NCBI GenBank assembly: GCA_001179505.1
Contig: CDMY01000270.1
Coordinates: 1-64,000 of the forward strand
Length of the DNA: 64,000 nucleotides
From: Vitrella brassicaformis CCMP3155
Taxonomy: Eukaryota > Protista > Chromerida
Direction of reading: 5' to 3'
The notes beneath the pieces are model-generated. The model had not been told where the DNA came from and made no database searches. It saw only the letters and a list, made by a program, of their open reading frames with translations. The stretch's first letter is position 1; every line of letters starts with the position of its first letter. The translations under genes were made by a program, and so were the position numbers. This document shows, in pieces, positions 49,966 through 62,701 of this stretch.

Positions 49966-51434
49966 ATGAGCAGGCAAGCGACAGACTGCTGGGCTGTTCG
50001 TTTATGGCAGATCTTGCGAGTGGCACTGATGAGCCTTCTGGGCGGGCACTTGTGGACGCCTGATGCGTTGGCGAGGGCGACAGCGAGGACTACTGCTGCC
50101 TTCGTTAATAAGCCTTTCTCACACCCTGGCTCTTCACGGCAGCCACCAAGATGGAGAACACGGAGGAAGCTCAGTGGGCTGAGGCTGCAGCAGGAGGGCT
50201 GCGATGCAGGTGTTGCTGCTCTGAGCCGGCGGAGGCTTCACGACATGCGGCTGCTCGCATCGCTGTCGACCTTATGTGTTGGTTCGAGGGCCTTGGCTGA
50301 ACCTGGTGGCGATGGATGGGAGGAGGTTGAGTCGTCGAGGACGCGCTTCAGGTTCCGCGTGCCGCCCGGCTTCAAACCAGCATCAAAGCTGCTCAAGGTA
50401 GGGAGGGAGGGAAACGAAGGAAGGAGCAACCTTGGGCGGGCATTGGCCATCCTCGTCGATTGATTTGACTGTGTGCAGACTCATGAAGGTAACACACCGA
50501 TGATTAAGTGCAGGAGGGGATGAGAGGGGGCTGTCAGCTGAGCCTGCCATGCGGCACTGCGCGGTTGTCCTTGGCTGCGCTATATGGTTGCTTCAGAGGA
50601 GATCAACTACAAGAGCCCTGAGATCAAGGGCTACACCGTGGGAGTCGCGGTGAGTGAAGTGAGCACACGATGATCACCTGTGTTTGCCATCCGTCGCCCT
50701 TGCTTTCTGTTGCTGCAGGTGGATCCCGTCAAGATTGACAGCCTTGCTGCCTTCGGCACTCCTGACTTCGTTGGCCAACGGATCGTTGACGTACGTCAAA
50801 TACGCTTCGCATAACAGGGGGCGCAAGCTTGATGAAGCCATCTGCAGATGTCTGTCTGCTTGCACTGCTCTGTAGGTGGAGAAGAAGAAAGATGGTGTGA
50901 TCGACGTCCAGCTGCTGAAGGCGGAAAGGTACACGAATGGACGGACACCCATGTGACCACACAGCAGAGGGGTGACCTATATGTCAGTGTGCTGTGGTGT
51001 GCTGTGCTGTGCTGTGTGTTGTCGGGATGCAGTCTTGAGAGTGGTGGTCAGGTGTTCTACGAGGTTGAGTATACGAGCGACACAACCCGGGGGTTCAACC
51101 ACTTCATCACACGAGTCATCGTCGTCAACCAGTCAGACACACACATACGCACGCACCATTCCATTCGATGGCAAAGGAACACATGACGAGTCTGTCTGGT
51201 GTGTGTGTGTGTGTGTGTGTGTGTCATGCAGGCGGCTGTTTGCCTTCACTGCACAGTCCAAACAGAAGGACTTCGACAAAGTGAGTGTGCCGTGCCAGCA
51301 ACCGATCTCATTGGCCCGCCAATCCTGTCCATCTGTCTGTCTGTGCGTGTTGTGTGCGTGATTGTCAGGTTCGCGATCAGATGAAGGCCATCGTGTCGAC
51401 CTTTGTGGTGCCACCGGCACAGGAGATCTCCTAG
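49966..51434 (+). CDS. PsbP-domain thylakoid lumen protein (PPD2-like)
   Basis: FRFRVPPGF, VGVAVDPVKIDSLAAFGTPDFVGQRIVDVEKKKDG, FYEVEYTSDTTRG..RLFAFTAQ..IVSTF. The leader has a hydrophobic signal, an AF motif, a transit-like stretch and an RR..ALA lumenal signal. Confidence 0.82.
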
Positions 51435-51602
51435 CTGCCTGCCTGGCTAGATGACGAGGGTGGAATGGCTGCTGCCTGCTTGGCCAGTGAATGGGCGAGA
51501 CGCTCAGTTGGCCGCTTCGCCAGCCGCGATGTCAGTGAGCATGGAGGCAGGTACCTACCCCTTTGCCTCACTGAAGCTGAGCCTGGTGAAGCTCTCTTGA
51601 GT

Positions 51603-51718
51603 GTCTGACTGTCTGTCTGTCTGCCTGTCTGACTGTCTGTCTGTCTGCCTGTCTGACTGTCTGTCTGCCTGTCTGACTGTCTGTCTGTCTGCCTGTCTGA
51701 CTGTCTGTCTGTCTGCCT
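51603..51718. repeat. Minisatellite: five units of GTCTGACTGTCTGTCTGTCTGCCT (24, 24, 20, 24, 24 bp) built from CTGT tetramers
   Basis: Counted directly from the sequence; lies between the convergent 3' ends of two genes. Confidence 0.9.
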
Positions 51719-51981
51719 GTCTGCTGAGTGACTTGTGGACCTGTCTATGTGTGTTGTGGATAATACTGTGCCATCCAGGCGCGTGTCCATTTCCGTTGGC
51801 TTCCCATGCGATGACGAAATTGACGCTGGGGGGGAGAGGGGGGATGAAGTCCATTCACTCACTCTTTCACCGCAGGGAGCCCTCATAAGCAGACAGACAG
51901 GGAATTGCGCTAGCTGCCACCCGCCCCGCCCACCACCCGACAAATGCAGGCACAGTATTCCATGCATAGCACTCTCTGTCC

Positions 51982-53660
51982 TCAAGCCATCGCCACCCGC
52001 GCGTTTTTCCGCGCGAGCACCGAAGAGGCGTAGGTGAACTTATCGCCGACTGTTGCGGGCCCCACCTTGCTGAGCATCTCGTCCATTTCCTTCTTCCTCT
52101 GAGACTCATAGTAGAATGGGGGCATATACTTGGCCTGGTCCCGCCACCGACGCGTTCTGACGTGCTCGAAGTAGGCGCGAGAGGTCATGTGGGTGTAGGT
52201 GGACCCGTGGACATTCTCAGCATATCGGGCGGGGATGAAGCCCGTGTAGCCCGGAATTGGCTTCGTCATGTGGTCGCGGAGCTGCATGCGAACCTTCTTC
52301 TCGCCACTCGTTGTCGGGGGGCGCACTGCAGTGGACACACAACAGCGTGCCTCCGTGTTGATGAGCACAATCAGCTGGCTTACCGTCCAGACTTTCCCGC
52401 ATCCAGCCGTCGTCACACTGATCTGAGGGACAGGGAAACCGAAACCGAGACACCTCGTGCACGACGTAGACATCAATCGTGTCTCCGTGTCTCTGTCTCT
52501 CCTCGTACCAAATGCAAAAGGTCGGTGTGTGCGGCGCGGCACCGCAGTCCTTGGCCTGTAGCGGAAGTCGGCTGCCTGCTCGTTGGCCTTCTTGTACCGA
52601 ACACCTGCAGGTCGATCGATCGACACGCATACATACATACCGGTAGGTGACCAAGAAGTGCATTGCTGCTCTGTCGCTGACTGACCGCAGATGGGTTCGC
52701 TCTCTTTGCCGGGCACATGACCAGTGAAGCCTGCATGGATTGGATTGGATTACATTACACACACGGACAGGGAGACCTCACGCCACTGGCTGCCTGCCCG
52801 AAGGAAAGATTCATGTGTGGATGCGCTGTGGTTGGTTACCAGGTATTGTTGGCACGGTGTAGTTCTGTTTCACCCAAGTGCGGGTGCCCATCGTGTGAAC
52901 ACTCGCATACGGATCCACGGGGTCCTTCCGCAGCACTGTCACACGCAGGCAGACAGGCAGCAGGCAATGCGCGGCATTACCTACCATCCATCCCTCCATG
53001 CATCCCATCCTTTCTTGGTATGTACCTCCTGTCTGCGTGCGCAGATTCTGGTGATACTCCGCCCCGGTCAACGGCGGGTGCCACACGAGAGGCCGCTGCC
53101 AACCACTCAAAGGGAGAGACGCCGACTTGTCAGCAACTGCAACAACAGCAGCCCCAGTCCCCTGCGGGACGCCCCCCTTGTCGTCCTTCGCCTGACGGGC
53201 CGAGACACCGCCAGCGGCTTCAGCCACTGCATCGACCTTCTGATACCGCATGTTTGCGATAGCGTCCGTTGTCTGAGGCCGCATGTCTGCAGTGTGGTGG
53301 AACTTCATGTAGTCATTCCGAGGGATGCTGTAGTCGCATGGAGGCTTGACGTACACCGAGTTCGCAAGGAGCGCCTGCTGGCGCGTGTGGGGGTCCCTTG
53401 AAACGAGGCCGGCGTTCGTCTTTGGTCCATGATAGTATCGGGAGGGCAGCCCTCTGGAGGTCCGGTAGGCCTCAGCATAGCGTTCACCAGCAAACGACCG
53501 GGGAAAGGGAAGCGCTGCAGCAACGCATCATGATGTCAATGAGGTGTTGGGCGTTGTGTGCCTCTCTCCCTCCCTCCCTCCCTCCCTCCTTTCCGCTGTT
53601 GTTACCTGCTGTTGGTTTCGGTGGGTGCGGGGCCACGGAAGGGCCCTCCTCTTGAGCCAT
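51982..53660 (-). CDS. PYG-repeat (FAM166/DUF2475-like) microtubule inner protein candidate
   Basis: The spliced frame from MAQEEGPSVAPH contains two repeats: IPGFTGHVPGKESEPICGVRYKKANEQA (assembled across introns) and IPGYTGFIPARYAENVHGSTYTHMTSRA. Exact ends are tentative. Confidence 0.62.
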
Positions 53661-54211
53661 TGCAGCGGCGCGGTCGTTTGCAGGGTGGGGGCAACGAGCG
53701 GGCTGCGAGCTGAATGCCGTCTCAACTTGAAGAGGCTTTCCTCCTTCTTGCTCGGAATGCTGTACTCCACTTGCTGTGCCAGTGGTACCTGTGCACGTGC
53801 CCCATGCGAGCGGTGCTTGTTGTTTGCCGTGGAGGAGGAGCATCGAATCACAAGGCATCGTGTGAGGGGCTTGTGGAATCTGTCACACTTCCAGCCTTGA
53901 CTGACGAGGCCTGGGTGGGGCCAAGCAGCCGATGATAAGTGAGACATGATAAATGGATGGATGGGCTGGCTGGCCACGATGCGAGAAGCTGAAATGGAGT
54001 CTCGTCAATTCTGCATCCCTTCGCTTGCTTGATACGAACTGAGGCTTAGACGAACTTCGTCGCCCGTTTCATGCATCTCCTTAACACACGTCTCGTCAAT
54101 TGTCATTCCAGCAAGTCGTTAGTGTCTATGGAGAAAGTATGTACCCTCATGACTAACGAATGTCCAAACAGTCCCTTACTGCTGACAATCATAGACACAC
54201 ACGCCCATCGC

Positions 54212-55939
54212 TTACACAAAAGCCAGCTCTGCTCTCAGCGAGAAGTGTGATGGACACTCAACATTCGGCGCCCCGACGTATTGCCAAATCGAAGAGGCTG
54301 CCACAGAGACATCAACACGTTCGTTGCACCAGGTGCGATACACCCCCATGATGTCACTTCGTTGACCTGGGGGCATGCCCAAACAGCTGATCGGCCGCAG
54401 CAAGTCAGACACCCAAATGTAGTCTAGACAGTCGGCGAAGGACGGCCCCTGAAGCGATACGCACACATGCACACACACACACACACAGGGAGGGAGTCTC
54501 ACGCCATCCATGCAATGCATGTTCCCTGCCGTACCACGTGGTTGGTAAAGGTCGGCTCTCTGCCCATGATGTGTGCGTAGACCGACGTGAGGCCAATGCT
54601 GTGCGACGGCTGCATCTTGTCGGCCACCTCCTCACCGCCCATCTTGGCCTTGCGGATCAGCAAGTCGAACAGAGGCGTTCTCTTCAGCACATGGGTACTG
54701 TCGCCCTGCAAGTCGATCTTGCCCCGGGACAGGATCGAATACCTGAACACACAAAATACAAACGACATTGCGAGAGACAGGCGGCCGGCCATCTCGTCTC
54801 GTGTGCGTACCCTAGGTTGGTCCGCGACCCTATGTGCGGCACTATGGCGAAGTGACCCACGAAGCAGACGGGCGTCTCCTTCTGCAGATCGGCCCCCCAC
54901 TGTGCCCCCAACTCGGCAATCGCCTCAATCATCTCGGAGATCTGGAGACACTGCCTGTCGGGCCGCAGCCAGAAATAGTGAATGTGCACGTTGGCGAACA
55001 GCAGCAACCGCCCTGACGTCCGGCACCTGAGCAGCAGCACCTGCCCGACGTTACCTCCTGGCAGTGCGAGGCCGTCAATATCCGCCTCGGTAACACGACT
55101 GCCGGCCATCCCCCTCACCGCTTTCTTGACCCGCTCGTCTAGCTTCACCGTGGTCTTGTGCTCAACGGTGAAGCGGTCTGATCTCACAGCCGTCAGCAGG
55201 CCCTCCGGGAACTGCGCGCCCTTGCCAAGCGTCTTGGAATCGAAGAACAGCTCGCCGTATCCCTGCACACACACACACACACACACAAACACACAGCAAT
55301 GAACGTCGAGTGGGCGGTGCGGCGGCTTCAGTTACTATCTCATTGAGTTCAGACCGGAGGTGCTGGTCTAACACCTCTCGTTGAGTCTCTTGGAAGCCGA
55401 CCACATCTGCCCCAAGCGACTTGACCTCTATTTGCACAGGCAACAATGCCAGCCATCCCGCAGACAACCACAAGAAGGTCCATTCCCTCATCCATCCATT
55501 CGCTCGTTCTGCCCACGTGCAGTACTTACCTGCCACCACTCGCTCGAATCTCCTCTCTGGGCTTATCGCTTTCCTCGAACAATACGGAAAGTCCACACAC
55601 TTGACGTAGCACGGAGCCAGGATGCTGACCAGGCCACACACGCATGCATATGATTCTCGTGTGTGTGTGCTTCCCTTCCCTCCCCGACTTGTATGAGGCG
55701 CACACAAACGTGCACGTGGGGTTGTCTTTCTCTGCCGCAGCAGGTGCATCTCGGGAACTGATGGTTGTTCTGCAGTTGAGATGGGAAGTGAGGCCGTCTC
55801 TGGCATCGCCGAAGGCATCGCGCCGGCAGCAAGCGCGGATCACCAACTTAATCAGCGGCTGAAGGACGGTCAACAGCAGGGTGAGCAACAAGCCCCAAAT
55901 GTGCAGCAACAAGCCCAAGAATGCATCCAGAGCATTCAT
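54212..55939 (-). CDS. CCR4/Angel/PDE12-like exonuclease-endonuclease-phosphatase protein with altered active site
   Basis: ASYNILAP, GADVVGFQE, FANVHIHY, REPTFTN and CLDYIW are present. GDFN appears as GHFA (54846-54857) and PSDH as PSHF (54242-54253). N-terminal hydrophobic helix; an alternative start lies at 56119. Confidence 0.8.
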
Positions 55940-56145
55940 TGTAAGGGCTTCAATCAAACAACACGCCGACTCACGGTCGCGGGATCCCGAAGAGGGGGAG
56001 AGAGGGGAGAGAATTTCTGCCACCCGCGAGGAATTGCTTGCGAGCTTGGAAGGAAGCGTCGTTGACGTCCACTGCTGGCGCATCCCCAAAGAGCCAACGT
56101 AAAGAAGGAAGTCCACCATCTTGAAGATCAGTGCAGGTGCTGCAG

Positions 56146-59100
56146 ATGAAGACCTTCCTGGACAGAGCCGTGACTGCCGCTAAGAGCGTCAAAGAGAGGG
56201 TGGAGCGGGAGTTTGATGACGCTATCAAAGATGGTGCAGAGAAACCGTCGGGGAGCCGCTCAGCAGCCCTCGCCAAACAACACACACACCAGCAGCAGTC
56301 GCCCTCGCCTCTACGCCAGGCCCCTGCACAGCTCGAGTCGGCCAAGGAGGTCGGCAAGCACCTCTGGAAGGGCGTCGGGACCTTCCTGAGCTCACAGTTC
56401 AACGAGCCTGGTGCTGACATGGGCGACGGACCTGACGCCTTTATTGGTGACCCGGGCGAGATGAGCGGCTTCATGCATCTCGGCAGACAGGAGGCGCCGA
56501 AACCCCCGCCACCCAAGCCGCCACCGACCGACGAGGGCCCCCCCGCTCAGGCGAGCATGGCTATGCCATCGATGCCGCCCCATCCGCTGATGCCCCGCCC
56601 ACCGGCCGCTTCTCATCAGTCAAATGGCGTGCCCAAGCTGCCCCGCCCACCTGCCATGAGCCAAGGCCACGCGGCTCACGGGACCCACAGCGCGGAGAGG
56701 CCGACGGACGGCCAGACAGGCAAAAACGTTAGTCCTGTGCGGGCGGAGTTGATCAAGCCGTCTGCCTCTGCGGTCACAAAGCCTGCTCCTGCGCCTCCTG
56801 CTGCTGCTGCTGCTGCTGGGTCGGCCAAGGTTTCGTCACTCATCGACATCGATCTGGACGAAACACCACAAACCAAGGTACGAGAGGAAGGGCCAACGAC
56901 GTGAACACGCCATGGACTGTGATTGTGTGGTTGTCTGCTCTTCTGCACTGCAGGTTGGTGACAGTCGTCCACCAGTCAAGAGTTCTCTCGGCGCCCTTCT
57001 TGAAGAGCCCTCCCCGTCGGCCTTTGGTGCAGTGGGCGGGTGGGACACTGAAGACCTCTTTGCGCCAAAGGACCCGACACCCACAGCAGCGCAGCCGCCC
57101 CAGCCACCACCACCACCACCAGTGACGTCTTCCCCTAGCTCGTCGTCGTCTCCCGTGACGCTCCGCACGGCTGTGTCGCATCCACTGGGCGGGCCCTCCC
57201 TCGACGTGCCGCAATCCGATGATGTCGCGAAGCAAGATGAGAAGATCGACGATGTCCCTGTGACGGAGGTGCCGACGGCGAGTGGTCCACAGGAAGGAGA
57301 CAAAGTCGCTGAGGATGCGCCGCTGCTGGATCTGTACGCCACCGAGGAGGAGCCAAAAGTCGTGGAAGAGGCGGGCGCTGGCGACTCCCCCACGCTTGCT
57401 GCGGATGACGATGAGGGAGGTCTGGTTGGTGCTGGTCGAGAGGCCATGCTGATGGCTGCAGAGGACACGCCGCCCCAAGTACCCTTTCTCAGCGACCAAG
57501 GGCCCGAGGACGATCAACACGACGAGCCGACAGCCGAGTTACCAGCCTCCCCGCCGTCCGACGACATCGCACAAGACACACAAGCCCTGATCAAAGCATC
57601 CGACGAGCCCACCGAGGCCTCACCACCCCCCTGGTCTCCTCCTCCCACCCAAGCACCCGAACCCCAAGCCCCGATGGAAGCCACTGCTGTGAGTCAGGGG
57701 GACGGCAGAGAAGAGGGAGAGGGGCATGAGGCTGTTGAGGAGGACAAGCTCGAGGGGCAGGAGCTGGCTGAGCTCCGTGAGTGTCTGCGAGCGCGTGATG
57801 ATCGCATCCAGCGACTGGAATCTGAGCTGCGGCAGACGGAGGAGACCCTGAGGGAGAGGGAGAAACAGCTGGAGAAGAAGGTGAGTGGATGTGTGGGCTG
57901 ACTGGCTGCGGCAGCATCGATGCAGCAATGTTTGTGTGTTTGTGTGGTCAGGCGGTTCAGTTGTCAGAGGTGCTGGATGGTGCATCGCAGACCGACAGCT
58001 ACATTAGAAGGGTCCAAGAACTTGAGGACCAGGTGAGCAGCACACAGGCCAAAGACGCCCTCCCCAATGCCCGGCCATCCTCCTCTGTCACTCCCTTGTG
58101 CAGGTGTCGTCACTTGAGGCGACCAAGGCGACCCATCTGAGCGACATGGAGAAACTCACTAGCGAAAACGACGCACTCAAGGTCAGAACACGCCACAACA
58201 AATGCACACACGCACACACGCAGAACAAACCAAAGTGCCGTGTGAATCGGTTCAATCAGGCCGAGTTGGCGTCTGCATCTGAGAACCACGAGGGTGCGCT
58301 GCAGGAGGGCCACCGCATGTCCAAGGAGCTGGGCGAGACACAAGCCAGATACAGGAAGGCCAAGAAAGACCTGGATGTAAGCGACATGGTTGGATGGATG
58401 GATGACACGGCCGATGTGCGTGTGTATGCAGCAAACACCGTCATGTGCACTGTGTATTGCGTATATATTGCTTTGCTTCAGGCGGCCGATAGGCGAGCCG
58501 AGCAGCTGACGGGTCAGGTGTCGGGGCTGCAGAAGAGGGTCGACACACTGCAGCAGGAAGCCGCAGATAAGACCGCACTCGAGACAAAGGTCAGCCACTT
58601 GCAAAGGCAGCCACATCCTGTTTGGATGGATATATGCAGCCGAAGAGGCAGACGCAGACTTACGTGTGCGCGAATGTGTGCTTTTGCAGTTGGCTGAGTT
58701 GGAGTCCGATGCGCAGAAGTCCCAGGGCCAGCTCGAAGCCGCCAAACGAGACGCCGCGGACGCCAAGCAGAAACTCACCGACCTCACCAAGAGATACAAG
58801 TACACAAGATGATAGGAAGCGAGCAAAAGGTATGTGGAGTCATCATTTGCCGTCCTTGTGCCCCACCAGGGAGGCGAGTGCGGCCACACAGGGCTTCAAC
58901 CAGACGAAGGACGCGCTGGAGACGCTTCAGCGTGAGAAGGTGGAGCTGCTCGAGGTCAATCAGGAGCTGCAGGAACGTATACAGGTATGGGCGCACACAC
59001 CACACCCATGGCAGCACCCATTGCTGCGTTTGCAGGATGTCCACGCGCAAATGAGTACCCTGGAGCGGAGTCACGAGGAGACCGTCAAGAACCTCAGAGC

Positions 59101-60670
59101 CGAGGCGGCTCACTACGCAGCCCACCTGGAGGTGGCACAGGTCTGCATGCTCACACCACAGCCAATACAGCACGAGAGCGGACGGTTTGCATGTGGTGTG
59201 TTTTCTGGTTGGTCAGGCCGATTTCGCCAAGGCGACAGCGCCCTTCGTCGCACGGGTCACCGAGGTTGAGGAACGGCTCAAAAACGAACGGTAGGTACAT
59301 CGACAGCAAAGCTATGGCAATGTGATGGTGATGTCGTCAACCACTGTTTGCTGCTGCTGTCCATTCGCTGTGTGCAGTGAGCGTCTGCACAGTCAGCTGA
59401 GCAGCCGTGACGTGGAGCTGCAGGAGGTCAAGCAGAAGCTCAGCGAGGCCTCACTCAGGCTGCAGCAGACAGACGCAGCCCTCACACAACTCAAGATGGA
59501 CGCCAAGGACAAGGACGACGAGCGGCGTGAGGCTCAGAGGGACGCCAGAAGTGCACGCGCTGAGCTGGAGAGCACGAAAGAGGAGATGGCAAGACTGCAG
59601 ACGGAGGTCGGGCACACAGCCAGAGAGAGAGGAAGGCTTGGATACGGACTGCAACTCATGCATTGTGTCTTGTTTTGTGTCGTTTCGGTGCGCTGTTCAG
59701 ATGTCGCAGCTGCGGCGGTCGGTTGACACCAAGCAGGGTGAGGTTGATGCAGCCAAGGAAGCCCACCAACAGGAGGCCAAGAAGCTCAGAAAACAGCTGG
59801 ACGATGCCGCAGCAACTCTCAAGGTACAACAGGACACACCACACATATAGCGCTATCCATTCACCTGTTGGCCAACATGCAGATGGAATCGGAGCGGAGT
59901 GAGGCGCTGAGCAAGCAGCTGGCCCACCTGCGGTCGACTTTGTCGCAGCCGCCCACCCCCACCTCCCCCCAGCCCTCGCCATTCGACTCACCGCCAGGCG
60001 GACGGCCCGAAAGGGGCATGACCAGTGACTCGCTGGGCGACCTGGGCTCACCCAGGTCGTCCGGTCCTCTGGCATCACTCGGCACAGGGCCGCTACCCCA
60101 CCCAACGGAGCTGTTCAACGGTCAGTTGGAGCACCACGTGTCGTTAGCTCCCAGCCGGCCAGCATTTGTGTGTGTGTCTTGGTTGTGTGTATGTCTGCAG
60201 GCACAGAGGAGTCCCGGCAGCTGCTTCGTTTGCGTGCCGATTTGCGGCTGGCGCAGGAGCAGAAGGAAGAGTTCGAGAAGGCCTGTGTGAGGCTGGCACA
60301 CGAAACTGACCAACTCAAGTAGGCACAACTGACACAAAAGCATCCATGAAGCGGCAACAGTTGATGTGTTTGTGTGTGTGTGTGTGTGTGTGTCTGCCGC
60401 AGGCACAAGTTGAGCGATTACGAGGAGCTAAAGGGCGAGCTCAGCGGACTGCAACAAAAGTGAGCTGGCCATGACAAATCACACACACACACATGGCCTC
60501 CTTTCTGTCGCATTCGTGTCAGGTTCGAGGGCGCCCTTCAGTGCATCGGGGAGCTGACAGAGAGCCTGGACGAGCAGCGTGATGTTGTGGAGATGTATCG
60601 CAAGCAAGTCAATCAGTATTTTGCAACCAAGGATGGGGCGGGCACAGGAGACCCAGCGACCGCCAAGTGA
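56146..60670 (+). CDS. TMF1/GC5-like golgin (long coiled coil)
   Basis: N-terminus DRAVTAAKSVKERVEREFDDAI, a Pro/acidic region and an extensive coiled coil. The C-terminus LLRLRADLRLAQEQKEEFEKACVRLAHETDQLK..FEGALQCIGELTESLDEQRDVVEMYRKQV resembles the TMF Rab6-binding C-terminal domain. Confidence 0.68.
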
Positions 60671-61897
60671 GATACAGATGGATGGATGGATGGATGGACG
60701 GATGGGGCGCCGAGACGGCCAGCCAGCCAGGCCAGTGAGGGCGTCTGAGACGTAGCAATTAATTCATGAGAAAGGGCATGTGCATGTCATTGGGACGTTG
60801 GCCTGTGTGTGTAGTGTCGCTTTGTTTGTCCAGCCAGCAGCTTTGGTCGGTGTGCTGTCTGACCGAGGAATAAGTAGGTGCGTGTGTAGGCGACTCTATC
60901 TGTGATGGACCGCTTCTGCGACGTGCGCATATCCTCACTCACTCCACACGCGCATTCGTGAGAACAGGATTTGCGCACACACTCACGCAGACATCTGTCT
61001 GTCTGTCTACAAACATGTCACGGATGAGGCCATTCCCATGCACCAAGCAAATCATGCGTGGGGTAGTTACACCGTCCCCGCCACCATGGTCACCAGACAG
61101 ACAAAGATGGGCATCATATGACGCGGCCTCGCCGCGATGGGGCCAAGGACATGACGAACTTTAGCGGCCGTCAGGACGAACCGCTGCGGGAGCCACTCCT
61201 GCTGCGGGAGCTGGCCCAGCCGGGCCGATTGAGCCGCCACATGACGACTCACCTTGTCGACCATCTGATGAATGAATGAAGCACACGAGAGCAACACCGA
61301 TCAAACGTATGTCTGTTGTGGGCTCCTTGACAGTCTGCTCACACCTGTGGTAGTGGCCTGCACACCAGACAAGCAACAAGCAAACGAACGCCCGATGAGT
61401 GGCTACCTTCCCCTGTAACCTTCCCCTGATTCATGGCAAACACTTCTACAGGCGACAGCAGCTGCTGAACCCCGCGGCGCATCCATCACGTCACCCAGCT
61501 GCACCATGGTAAGTATGTAGCAAGACGACACAAACACACAAACACCCTCTTCTCTTACCATAGTGGCTCTGGCAGCCTTAAGGCTTCGACAGGCTCTGAA
61601 ACGCCCTTTTTTGTCATTGCAGTCGCGCCTTGCGGTCCTGTCCGGAGATGATGGGGCCTTGTGAGTGGGGATGCTGATCACTGCCGCATCGCGGGCGGAC
61701 TGATTGCGGTGCATCCAGCTGCAGCTGCTTCATGGCCAGGGGCTCGATAGAGGCGCTCGTGTGAGGAGTTCTTCCCTGGAGATCCACTCAAACCCCAACC
61801 CTAACCCTTGAGTTGAGTTCTGCAGCAATTGGGAATCGGCTGGCTTTCAACCATGGCATGAAGTTGATCGGCCCTGCAGGAGCGTAGAGAGGGCGAA

Positions 61898-62401
61898 ATG
61901 GGCAACAACCACACTGCGGACCGCCATGGTGCCGTTATCGACGAACACACGCTGGACTTCCTCCACAAAGCCGACAGAGATGCCCTCCACACGTATGCAG
62001 ACCACACAGAAATGACATGAGGGAGGGGGAGCGGCAGTGAACAGGTGTGTGTGTCTGTGTGATGTGTGCTTGTGTATGTGTGCAGCCGGTCGGAGGTCGG
62101 CAGCCTCAGAGCCACGGCCCGTTTCCTCTGGGAAGTCGACTTCTCGGCCGCCGTCCTGAGCAACCGACTCAGTCGCTGCCTGGCGGCCAAGGGGCTGCAC
62201 GCCATCATCGCATTCGACGCTCAGCTGGACCGCCCTCTGCTGCTGAAGGCCATCTGGCTGGTGGACACGCAGCAGTGGACCGAGGTGGCCAATGCGCTGC
62301 AGTTGGCGAGGCAGCGCGGCTTCTGCCAGCTGCCCATCACACTGGCTGTGGCCGACATGCAGCGTCACGATAGCAAACAGGTGGGCAGATGAGCGTGGGG
62401 C
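61898..62401 (+). CDS. 'MGN' multicopy-family gene, copy A (intact as far as the gap)
   Basis: MGNNHTADRHGAVIDEHTLDFLHKADRDALHT, an intron, then RSEVGSLRATARFLWEVDFSAAVL..RHDSKQ and an intron running into the N gap. Confidence 0.62.
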
Positions 62402-62701
62402 NNNNNNNNNNNNNNNNNNNNNNNNNNNNNNNNNNNNNNNNNNNNNNNNNNNNNNNNNNNNNNNNNNNNNNNNNNNNNNNNNNNNNNNNNNNNNNNNNNN
62501 NNNNNNNNNNNNNNNNNNNNNNNNNNNNNNNNNNNNNNNNNNNNNNNNNNNNNNNNNNNNNNNNNNNNNNNNNNNNNNNNNNNNNNNNNNNNNNNNNNNN
62601 NNNNNNNNNNNNNNNNNNNNNNNNNNNNNNNNNNNNNNNNNNNNNNNNNNNNNNNNNNNNNNNNNNNNNNNNNNNNNNNNNNNNNNNNNNNNNNNNNNNN
62701 N

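Noticed and set aside
4342-60670. Apparent clustering of membrane-trafficking genes (VSR, ATG101, clathrin, TMF golgin, ARM adaptor)
   Set aside because: They are interspersed with unrelated genes over 56 kb and the category is large, so chance is sufficient without synteny or co-expression data.
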